Part shown: positions 17,639-24,787 of the stretch, piece by piece | Layout of the letters: every line of letters begins with the position of its first letter | Position numbering within the stretch: the first letter of the stretch is position 1 | Source of the DNA: Campylobacterota bacterium | GTDB taxonomy: Bacteria > Campylobacterota > Campylobacteria > Campylobacterales > Sulfurovaceae | Reading direction: 5' to 3' | NCBI GenBank assembly: GCA_034722955.1 | Contig: JAYEOM010000012.1 | Span: 1-24,787 of the forward strand | Length of the DNA: 24,787 nt | The notes under the pieces: model-generated | What the model saw: the letters and a program-made list of their open reading frames with translations, nothing else | The model's database searches: none | What the model was told of the DNA's origin: nothing | Position numbers and translations under genes: made by a program

Positions 17639-19152
17639 ATTATATATTAGATATTAATATCATATTAGACTGTTTCAATCATCACAGAAGAAGAAAATTT
17701 CAAAATTCTGTTAAAGTGTATGATTTGCTCTATAAAAGTGCAGAAAATACTTTTATATCTTCATCTTCACTTGATAACATTGCATTTGTAAAAAGAGATG
17801 AACTAAAAGAAGAGAAAGGTTATTCAACTCAAAAAGCTAAAAGAGTAACAAGTTTACTAATTAAAGATATTATAGCACATTTCAAGATAGCAAAAACACC
17901 ATCATATTTAAAGATAGATTATGAAGATATAGAAGACTCTCAATTGATAGCATCAGCAAAAGCAGTCAACGCAAAAGTAATAACAAGAGATAAAAAAATG
18001 TTGAAAAAACATCCAGATATTACAATAACAGCAGAGTCATTTTTAAAAAACCATCAATCAAAAAGAGTTATAGACTTCGCAAACCTAAAAAAACAGTACT
18101 ACATGTACCAATCAGAACTAGAAGAGGGGATGGACAGAGTCCTAAACAGTGCTAACTATATCATGGGTGATGCAGTAAGCCGACTAGAGACAAATCTACA
18201 AGAGTTCACAGGTACTAAACATGCCATAACTTGCAGTAGTGGTACAGATGCTCTGCTATTAGCTATGATGGCTATCGATATTCAACCGGGTGACGAGATC
18301 ATCACAACTCCCTTTACTTTCATAGCCACGGCTGAGACTATTGCCTTCTTAGGTGCCATCCCTGTATTTGTGGACATAGATGAGAAGAGTTACAATATCG
18401 ATCCCTCCAAGATAGAAGCAGCCATCACAGACAGAACCAAAGTAATCATGCCTGTAAGTCTCTATGGTCAACCTGCAGAGATAGATCTCATCCAAGCTAT
18501 CGCAGATAAACATGATCTTAAAGTTATCATTGACGGTGCTCAGTCATTTGGTGCTACCTACAGAGGCGAGAGAGAGAGTAGCCTGGGAGATATATCTACA
18601 ACTTCATTTTTCCCCGCTAAACCACTTGGTTGTTTTGGAGATGGTGGAGCAGTGTTCACAAATAATGATGCCCTTGCAAAGAAGATCAAATCACTCAGAG
18701 TACACGGTCAGACCAAACGGTACCATCACCAATATATCGGTATGGGCGGGAGGATGGATGCACTACAGTGTGCTATTGTGGATGTAAAGCTGAAGTACTA
18801 TCCAAGAGATTTGGCTTTACGGCAAGAGGTTGCTAGTAGATATATGAAGTCACTCAGAGGTAAAGAGCTGATAATCCCCTTCGTCTCTAACGATACTACT
18901 TCTGCTTGGGCTCAATACTCCATAAGAGTTCAAAACCGTGATGAGCTTCAAGCTAAACTGAAGGAAGAAGGTATCCCGACAGCTATTCACTACCCAAAGC
19001 CTCTACACCTACAAGAGGCTTTTAGATATCTCGGCTACAAAAAAGGAGATTTTCCTGTTGGAGAGAGTGTGAGCAGCGAGATCATATCCCTGCCAATGAA
19101 CCCATATTTGACAGATGAAGAGATACAATATATAGGTGAAAATATCAAATGA
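17635..19152 (+). CDS. wbpE: Fusion protein: N-terminal PIN domain + DegT/DnrJ PLP aminotransferase (WbpE-like)
   Basis: Residues 1-~140 carry PIN motifs (YILDINII, EDIEDSQLIASA, VITRDK). From ~18070 the sequence reads IDFANL…SSGTDAL, IIDGAQSFGA and SFFPAKPLGCFGDGG (PLP Lys). One continuous frame. Confidence 0.88.
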   Translation: MNYILDINIILDCFNHHRRRKFQNSVKVYDLLYKSAENTFISSSSLDNIAFVKRDELKEEKGYSTQKAKRVTSLLIKDIIAHFKIAKTPSYLKIDYEDIEDSQLIASAKAVNAKVITRDKKMLKKHPDITITAESFLKNHQSKRVIDFANLKKQYYMYQSELEEGMDRVLNSANYIMGDAVSRLETNLQEFTGTKHAITCSSGTDALLLAMMAIDIQPGDEIITTPFTFIATAETIAFLGAIPVFVDIDEKSYNIDPSKIEAAITDRTKVIMPVSLYGQPAEIDLIQAIADKHDLKVIIDGAQSFGATYRGERESSLGDISTTSFFPAKPLGCFGDGGAVFTNNDALAKKIKSLRVHGQTKRYHHQYIGMGGRMDALQCAIVDVKLKYYPRDLALRQEVASRYMKSLRGKELIIPFVSNDTTSAWAQYSIRVQNRDELQAKLKEEGIPTAIHYPKPLHLQEAFRYLGYKKGDFPVGESVSSEIISLPMNPYLTDEEIQYIGENIK

Positions 19153-19199
19153 CTAAGATACTGATCATTGCAGAACAATTACAATATGAACAGTTTATA

Positions 19200-19208
19200 T
19201 GTTATAAT
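19200..19208 (+). promoter_or_regulatory. Extended -10 upstream of gmm-fcl
   Basis: TGTTATAAT about 28 nt before the gmm start. Confidence 0.5.
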
Positions 19209-19236
19209 TATGCAAATTCTCTAAGAAGGTGTATAC

Positions 19237-19698
19237 TTGTCAATGTATAATGATCTCTCTGTTTTTATTGATGATTCTCTCTTTAGAGATATTATAGATC
19301 ATACACCACTAGTTTCACTTGATCTTGTGGTCAAAAAAGATGGAAAAGTCTTGCTAGGGCAGCGGTGCAATAGACCTGCCAAGGGGTATTGGTTTACGAT
19401 TGGCGGACGCATCCTCAAAAATGAGAAGATCCGTGACACGATTCATCGGATTGCTAGAGATGAGTTGGGGACAGAGTTGACTAATGCAGCTGAATTTGTC
19501 GGTCTGTTTGAACACTTTTACGATGATGGTATCTATGAGGGTGTCTCTACACACTATGTAAATCTGGTCTACGAAGCAGAGGTTGATGACCTGCCCGCTC
19601 TTCCGGATGATCAGCACGATACCTATCGATGGTTTGGCATCGATGAACTGCTAGAGAGTGAAAATGTCCATCAATACATCAAAGATATTTTCAAATAA
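19237..19698 (+). CDS. gmm: GDP-mannose mannosyl hydrolase (Nudix)
   Basis: [24 protein letters not shown]. Confidence 0.9.
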   Translation: MSMYNDLSVFIDDSLFRDIIDHTPLVSLDLVVKKDGKVLLGQRCNRPAKGYWFTIGGRILKNEKIRDTIHRIARDELGTELTNAAEFVGLFEHFYDDGIYEGVSTHYVNLVYEAEVDDLPALPDDQHDTYRWFGIDELLESENVHQYIKDIFK

Positions 19699-19708
19699 AG
19701 GAATTTTA

Positions 19709-20905
19709 ATGCACAAAAACAGTATTATTTTCATTGCCGGTGGTACCGGCTTAGTCGGTTCTGCCATCATCAAATCACTGCTTGCCAAAGGGTATACCAA
19801 TATTATCTCCAATTATCATCATCGAAAACCCCAAAATGATGCCATAGAGTACTATCCGCTCGATCTGACAAAGCAGCAGAATGTAGAGTATTTTTTTGAA
19901 ACTTTTAAACCCGAATATGTTTTTCTAGCTGCTGCCAAGGTCGGCGGCATCATCGCCAACAACATCTATCGTGCAGAGTTTATCTACAGCAATCTCGTGA
20001 TCCAAAACAATATCATAGATATCAGCTACCGCTACGGTGTCAAAAAGCTCCTCTTCCTGGGCTCCACCTGCATCTATCCCAAAGATTGCCCACAACCGAT
20101 GAGAGAGGAGTATCTGCTCACAGGTGAACTTGAATACACCAATGAACCCTACGCCATCGCCAAGATCGCCGGTATCAAGATGTGCGAGAGCTACAACCTC
20201 CAGTACGGTACCAACTTCATCTCTGTGATGCCTACCAACCTCTATGGTCCCAATGATGGTTTTGACTTGGAAAAGTCCCATGTCCTCCCCGCAATGCTCC
20301 GCAAGATGCACCTCGGTAAAGCCCTCGAAGAGAGTAACTGGGATGCCATTCGGGTAGACCTAGAGAAGCTGCCCATCGAAGAGATCGATGGAAACGCAAG
20401 CGAAGAGGATATTTTGTCAATTCTCAATAGATACGGCATCAAAACACCCGATACAGATCAGGGTGCTGTCCAGATCGAGATCTGGGGTTCCGGAAAACCA
20501 CGCCGCGAATTTCTCTGGTCCGAGGATATGGCAGATGCCTGCGTCTTCCTCATGGAAAACAGGGACTTTCAGGATATGTATCCATCCCGTCACTCCGAAC
20601 TCGATACAGAGCCTCAAGATGATGGCAAACTTTGTGACACTGCAACCCTACAAACAAGCTCTGAGATCCGCAACACCCATATCAATATCGGCACTGGCAT
20701 CGATATATCCATCAAAAAACTGGCAGAAACGATCAAGGAGATCATAGGCTACCAAGGCGATCTCTATTTCAACACAGACAAACCAGACGGCACGATGCTC
20801 AAGCTCACTGACCCTACTAAACTGCACGATCTGGGATGGCACCATACGGTTGAGCTGAGAGATGGGATAGAAAAGATGTATGCGTGGTATAGAGAGAGTA
20901 AATAG
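19709..20905 (+). CDS. fcl: GDP-L-fucose synthase (epimerase/reductase)
   Basis: [66 protein letters not shown] 19709 follows an AAGGA RBS. Confidence 0.93.
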   Translation: MHKNSIIFIAGGTGLVGSAIIKSLLAKGYTNIISNYHHRKPQNDAIEYYPLDLTKQQNVEYFFETFKPEYVFLAAAKVGGIIANNIYRAEFIYSNLVIQNNIIDISYRYGVKKLLFLGSTCIYPKDCPQPMREEYLLTGELEYTNEPYAIAKIAGIKMCESYNLQYGTNFISVMPTNLYGPNDGFDLEKSHVLPAMLRKMHLGKALEESNWDAIRVDLEKLPIEEIDGNASEEDILSILNRYGIKTPDTDQGAVQIEIWGSGKPRREFLWSEDMADACVFLMENRDFQDMYPSRHSELDTEPQDDGKLCDTATLQTSSEIRNTHINIGTGIDISIKKLAETIKEIIGYQGDLYFNTDKPDGTMLKLTDPTKLHDLGWHHTVELRDGIEKMYAWYRESK

Positions 20906-20974
20906 GGGGTAGCCTTAAGTTCCGTGGTCAAAAATAAGATATAATAATACAAGTTAAAATAAAAAGGCTTAGTT

Positions 20975-21193
20975 GTGTATGCAGTAGAATTTGAAACACA
21001 TATTGAGAATGGTATAGTACAGGTACCTGAAAAATATACATCATTGCAATCTGTTGATGCGAAAATTATTATATTAGCGAAAGAAATGGCTGTTAATACT
21101 GCTTTTGATCCCAGCACTTTTTTTGGTTCTGCCCATGTTTCTAAAAAAGAGATAGATGCTTACTTAAATGCTTCCAAAGACGAATGGCAATAG
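20975..21193 (+). CDS. Putative antitoxin (72 aa)
   Basis: AVEFETHIENGIVQVP N-terminus; abuts a PIN gene; TATAAT upstream at 20940-20945. Confidence 0.65.
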   Translation: MYAVEFETHIENGIVQVPEKYTSLQSVDAKIIILAKEMAVNTAFDPSTFFGSAHVSKKEIDAYLNASKDEWQ

Positions 21194-21484
21194 ATGAATG
21201 CACTTCTTGATACGAATATATTGATTTATTATTTTAATGGGCTTATTGATGATGTAGAGTTAGATAAAAAAGCAAAAGCATTTGTCTCTTATGCAACATT
21301 GTTTGATTTAGATGATTCCATAGCACAAACAACAATAAAGTTAAGACGTAATTTTAAAACAAAAACACTTGACGCTATTATAGCTGCAACGGCATTGGTA
21401 AACAATATGTCAGTTGTAACAAATAATCGCTCTGATTTTGAGGTATTGGGACTAGATGTGATAGGTATAAATGTTAAATTATAG
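21194..21484 (+). pseudogene. vapC: VapC/PIN toxin with probable internal in-frame deletion
   Basis: LLDTNILIY and DAIIAATAL…VTNNRSDF are present, but at 96 aa it lacks the central S-x-I-T-x-x-E segment of PIN domains. Confidence 0.7.
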
Positions 21485-21489
21485 TAATT

Positions 21490-21533
21490 TGTCATTGTCA
21501 CCCCTTAGGATTTGGAGTGACAGCTAAATGACA
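21490..21533. repeat. REP-like nested hairpin
   Basis: TGTCATT…AATGACA outer arms; TGTCACCCC…GGAGTGACA inner arms (8/9 complementary). Confidence 0.55.
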
Positions 21534-21556
21534 TTAGCATCACCCCCCTTAGTTCT

Positions 21557-21584
21557 AATCACGAATTACGAATTACAAGTCACA
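21557..21584 (+). repeat. Heptamer tandem repeat (AATCACN type), intergenic
   Basis: AATCACG AATTACG AATTACA AGTCACA. Confidence 0.75.
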
Positions 21585-21621
21585 TTCAAAAAGGGTGGAA
21601 ACATAGTATTGAGCTTGAATA

Positions 21622-21630
21622 TGATATAAT
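21622..21630 (+). promoter_or_regulatory. Extended -10 upstream of dehydrogenase copy 2
   Basis: TGATATAAT; AAGGA RBS at 21650-21654. Confidence 0.55.
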
Positions 21631-21663
21631 GCATATGTATAACTGGTATAAGGAAAGCAAATC

Positions 21664-22977
21664 ATAAATAATATAAAAATAGCAGTAATCGGATTAGGGT
21701 ACGTTGGCTTACCATTGGCACATGCATTTTCGGAAAAGTATGAAGTAGTCGGCTTTGACATCGCACAGTGGCGTATTGATGAATTAAGTGATGGTCTTGA
21801 CCGTACTTTAGAGTTAAGTGAAGTTCAGGTGAAAGAAGCTATCTCTCATGGTATGCAGTTTACAAACATTTTGGGAGAGATCGCTGATTGTAATATCTAT
21901 GTAGTTACAGTTCCTACACCTATAGACAAACATAAAAAGCCAGACCTTACACCACTTATCAAAGCAAGCGAATCAATTGGTAAGGTACTGAAAAAAGATG
22001 ATATTGTCATCTATGAGTCTACAGTATACCCTGGTGCGACAGAAGAAGAGTGTGTTCCCGTACTCAAAAAATTCTCAGGACTAAAATACATCTCATCTGA
22101 AACCATTAACCAATCACGAATTACTAATCACGAATCACCAGAAACCAACGGTTTCTACTGTGGTTATTCTCCTGAACGTATCAACCCGGGAGATAAAGAA
22201 CACACTGTTACGAAGATCTTAAAAGTAACAGCAGGTTCTACACCTGAGATCGGTCAAAAAGTAGATGATCTTTATGCCTCTATCATCACTGCAGGCACAC
22301 ATCTTGCTCCAAGTATTAAAGTGGCTGAAGCTGCAAAGGTCATCGAAAACTCACAACGTGACATCAACATTGCCTTCGTCAATGAATTAGCGATCATCTT
22401 CAACAAACTCGACATTGACACAGAAGCAGTACTTGAAGCAGCCGGAACAAAATGGAATTTCTTACCATTCCGTCCAGGTTTAGTGGGTGGGCACTGCATA
22501 GGTGTAGACCCTTATTACTTGACGCACAAGGCACAAGAGGTCGGTTACAATCCGGAGATCATCCTTGCAGGACGTCGCCTGAATGATAACATGGGAATGT
22601 ATGTAGCCAATCAAGTACTCAAGCTGATGATCCAAAAAGAACATAAAATTGCAGGTGCAAAAGTCTTGGTTCTTGGTATTACCTTTAAAGAAAATTGTCC
22701 GGATATTAGAAATTCTCGTGTCATTGATGTCATAAAGGAATTACAAGAGTTTGGAACTGATGTCAGTGTCTATGACCCATGGGCTGATTCTGAAGAGGTA
22801 AAACGTGAATACGGATTGGATCTTTTACCGTCATTAGATACAAAATACGATGCTGTTGTTTTAGCTGTTGCACATGATAAGTTTGATGGACTTGATATTG
22901 AAAAACTAAAAAGTGGAAATGATACTGTCATTTACGATATCAAATCAAAACTTGAAGAAAGTGACGGGAAATTATAG
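21664..22977 (+). CDS. UDP-N-acetylhexosamine 6-dehydrogenase (TviB/WbpO family), copy 2; starts at ATA rather than ATG
   Basis: Homology to copy 1 extends upstream of the ORF-track TTG: ATA AAT AAT ATA AAA ATA GCA… = (I/M)[18 protein letters not shown]. Same catalytic motifs as copy 1. Confidence 0.85.
   Translation: MNNIKIAVIGLGYVGLPLAHAFSEKYEVVGFDIAQWRIDELSDGLDRTLELSEVQVKEAISHGMQFTNILGEIADCNIYVVTVPTPIDKHKKPDLTPLIKASESIGKVLKKDDIVIYESTVYPGATEEECVPVLKKFSGLKYISSETINQSRITNHESPETNGFYCGYSPERINPGDKEHTVTKILKVTAGSTPEIGQKVDDLYASIITAGTHLAPSIKVAEAAKVIENSQRDINIAFVNELAIIFNKLDIDTEAVLEAAGTKWNFLPFRPGLVGGHCIGVDPYYLTHKAQEVGYNPEIILAGRRLNDNMGMYVANQVLKLMIQKEHKIAGAKVLVLGITFKENCPDIRNSRVIDVIKELQEFGTDVSVYDPWADSEEVKREYGLDLLPSLDTKYDAVVLAVAHDKFDGLDIEKLKSGNDTVIYDIKSKLEESDGKL
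22105..22139 (+). repeat. Heptamer tandem repeat inside the dehydrogenase copy 2 coding sequence
   Basis: ATTAACC AATCACG AATTACT AATCACG AATCACC, within an 18-aa insertion relative to copy 1. Confidence 0.8.
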
Positions 22978-22987
22978 AGCTTTGCTC

Positions 22988-23015
22988 TGTGATTGGTAAT
23001 TAGTGAATGGTGATT
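22988..23015 (-). repeat. Heptamer array (inverted orientation) upstream of the four-helix-bundle gene
   Basis: TGTGATT GGTAATT AGTGAAT GGTGATT; 22989-23006 is the exact reverse complement of 23369-23386. Confidence 0.85.
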
Positions 23016-23026
23016 GGGAAAATAAG

Positions 23027-23352
23027 ATGAAAACTCATATGGATTTTGTAGAAAACATTTATAAAATGAGTAGTACGTTCCCTAAAGAAGAAATGTATGG
23101 TCTGACATCTCAAATTCGAAGAGCGGCTGTTTCCGTTCTGAGTAATATTACAGAAGGTGCATCACGACAAGGTTCTAAAGAGTTTATACAATTTTTATAT
23201 ATCTCTCTCTTGGTTCCCTTTCTGAAGTGGAAACACAAATCATGTTAGCAAAAAGACTAAATTTCGTTAACAATATAGATATAATTTTAAAAGAGATCAT
23301 AACCATTAAAAAAATGCTTAATGGATTAATTCGTAATGTAAAGAGTAAATGA
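23027..23352 (+). pseudogene. Four-helix-bundle protein (23S rRNA IVP/'S23'-like family), frameshifted
   Basis: MKTH-MDFVENIYKMSSTFPKEEMYGLTSQIRRAAVSVLSNITEGASRQGSKEFIQFLYIS, then a second frame LGSLSEVETQIMLAKRLNF…KMLNGLIRNVKSK*. Removing one TC unit from the (TC)4 tract at 23202-23209 joins the frames. Confidence 0.88.
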
Positions 23353-23366
23353 ATGAAAAAGAAATC

Positions 23367-23401
23367 AATCACTAATTACCAATCACTAGTCACCAATTAT
23401 A
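23367..23401 (+). repeat. Heptamer array downstream of the four-helix-bundle gene
   Basis: AATCACT AATTACC AATCACT AGTCACC AATTATA. Confidence 0.85.
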
Positions 23402-23411
23402 TTCCAAAGGA

Positions 23412-24542
23412 ATGTATGTAATGAACCAAGAACAAATCACCAATAACGAATCACTAATCACAGCTTTTGAAAAGCTCCTAGAGCAATTCAAAACCAACCA
23501 GAAAACCTGGCTGATAACGGGCAATGCCGGCTTTATAGGGTCTAATTTAACAGAGTTCTTACTTTCACACAATCAAAAGGTTGTTGGTTTAGACAACTTT
23601 TCCACTGGCTATCAACACAACATTGATGACATTTTGGCATCAGTAGGTGAAGAGGCTGCGAAGAACTTTACTTTTATTGAGGGTGATATTGCAGACTTTG
23701 AAACTTGTGTTAAGGCATGTGAGGGTGTGGACATTGTCTTGCATCAAGCTGCACTGGGTTCAGTTCCTCGTTCCATCGCTGACCCTGTGACTTCCAACCG
23801 TTCTAATATTACCGGTTTTCTTAACATGCTTACCGCAGCCAAAGATTCAGGTATCAAGCGGTTTGTTTATGCGAGCTCAAGTTCGGTTTATGGTGACTCT
23901 AAAGAGCTTCCTAAGGTAGAAGAGCGTACGGGCAATCTCCTCTCTCCCTACGCAGCGATGAAAATGACCAATGAACTCTACGCAGGTGTTTTCCAAAAGA
24001 CTTATGGCATGGAGACTCTTGGTCTGCGTTACTTTAATGTCTTTGGCCGCCGTCAAGATCCAGATGGTGCATACGCAGCTGTTATCCCCAAATGGGTAGG
24101 TTCTCTTCTTGAAGGTGAAGATGTCTACATCAACGGTGACGGAGAAACCAGCCGTGACTTCACCTACATAGACAATGTCATCCAGATGAATCTATTGGCT
24201 GGAACCACAGACAACACAGAAGCCTTTGGAGAAGCGTTTAATGTAGCAGTAGGAGGAAGAAACACCCTCAACGAACTTTACAAGATCATCAACGATAACC
24301 TCGTAGAGCAATTGCCCCGCCAGGAAATGCCCTTGGGGTGCAAAATTAATAATTTAAAATTTAAAATTCCCGAAGGCCCTGTTTTCAGGGACTTCAGGGC
24401 AGGCGACATTCGCCACTCCAACGCCAACATCTCAAAAGCCCAAAACTTTGTAGGCTATGCCCCAACTCATGACATATACCAAGGTATGCAAGAAGCCATA
24501 AACTGGTACATAGAAAATATAGGTAACAAGAATGAAAACTAA
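23412..24542 (+). CDS. wbpP: UDP-GlcNAc(A) 4-epimerase (WbpP/TviC family SDR)
   Basis: WLITGNAGFIGSNL, HQAALGSVPRS, SPYAAMK (YxxxK), LRYFNVFGRRQDP, GETSRDF, FRAGDIRHS. Start is ATG 23412 or 23421. Confidence 0.9.
   Translation: MYVMNQEQITNNESLITAFEKLLEQFKTNQKTWLITGNAGFIGSNLTEFLLSHNQKVVGLDNFSTGYQHNIDDILASVGEEAAKNFTFIEGDIADFETCVKACEGVDIVLHQAALGSVPRSIADPVTSNRSNITGFLNMLTAAKDSGIKRFVYASSSSVYGDSKELPKVEERTGNLLSPYAAMKMTNELYAGVFQKTYGMETLGLRYFNVFGRRQDPDGAYAAVIPKWVGSLLEGEDVYINGDGETSRDFTYIDNVIQMNLLAGTTDNTEAFGEAFNVAVGGRNTLNELYKIINDNLVEQLPRQEMPLGCKINNLKFKIPEGPVFRDFRAGDIRHSNANISKAQNFVGYAPTHDIYQGMQEAINWYIENIGNKNEN
23435..23462 (+). repeat. Heptamer array within the wbpP N-terminal extension
   Basis: AATCACC AATAACG AATCACT AATCACA. 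Confidence 0.75.
24342..24369 (+). repeat. AT-type heptamer array inside wbpP
   Basis: AAAATTA ATAATTT AAAATTT AAAATTC, encoding KINNLKFKI. Confidence 0.7.
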
Positions 24543-24645
24543 TAATACTTATACCATCAATCAAGAACCATGCAAAAGTTCATAATAGCACTTAGCACTT
24601 TTTAGATATAATAAAGCAAATATCGGTTTGAAATTAGGAGATAAT

Positions 24646-24787
24646 ATGCATCAATTGACGATAAATGTAAATGAAAGCTTTTATCCGCATTTTAAGGCAC
24701 TTATAGATAGTCTGGTAAAAAGTAAACAGTTAAATTATGTAGAAACAAAAGAGGATAAAAAGCAGTATTTTGACCAAATCATTCTAA
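24646..24787 (+). CDS. Small hypothetical (antitoxin-like) protein, truncated by the window edge
   Basis: AGGAG RBS, TATAAT upstream, open frame MHQLTINVNESFYPHFKALIDSLVKSKQLNYVETKEDKKQYFDQIIL…. Confidence 0.6.
   Translation, partial: MHQLTINVNESFYPHFKALIDSLVKSKQLNYVETKEDKKQYFDQIIL

Noticed and set aside
20310..20470. About 50-aa insertion in Fcl relative to E. coli ([14 protein letters not shown]…)
   Set aside because: To my knowledge a common subfamily feature of Bacteroidota/Campylobacterota Fcl; no repeat character.
23027..23352. Diversity-generating retroelement, given the Avd-like gene
   Set aside because: No reverse transcriptase or TR/VR pair visible in the window.
21557..23462. 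Heptamer arrays as a CRISPR array
   Set aside because: 7-bp tandem units with no unique spacers and no cas genes.

Overview
AT-rich bacterial window whose gene content and sigma70 extended -10 promoters suggest Campylobacterota (Sulfurovum/Sulfurimonas-like; inferred, not searched). Three parts. (1) 1-8.9 kb is an accessory island bracketed by two outward-facing remnants of REP-associated tyrosine transposases (RAYT/Y1). It carries REP-like hairpins, a C-terminal fragment resembling an MmeI-type R-M enzyme, a hypothetical + HEPN (Rx4H) gene pair, and a three-gene minus-strand operon: a SNF2 ATPase plus two paralogous ~587-aa proteins with XPB-associated/p52-like C-termini. (2) 8.9-14.5 kb holds housekeeping-type genes: DASS transporter, small Cys-rich protein, acylphosphatase, TerB-like protein, TauE/DsbD_2 membrane protein with a KCG tail, and a sugar porter + ROK kinase pair. 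(3) 14.5-24.8 kb is a surface-polysaccharide locus (wbpA/B/D/E-like, gmm, fcl, second UDP-HexNAc dehydrogenase, wbpP-like). It is interleaved with toxin-antitoxin-like cassettes, including a PIN domain fused in frame to the WbpE aminotransferase, and a frameshifted four-helix-bundle (IVP/Avd-like) gene enclosed by a perfect 18-bp inverted repeat built from heptamers. The same heptamers also occur in frame inside neighbouring enzyme genes.
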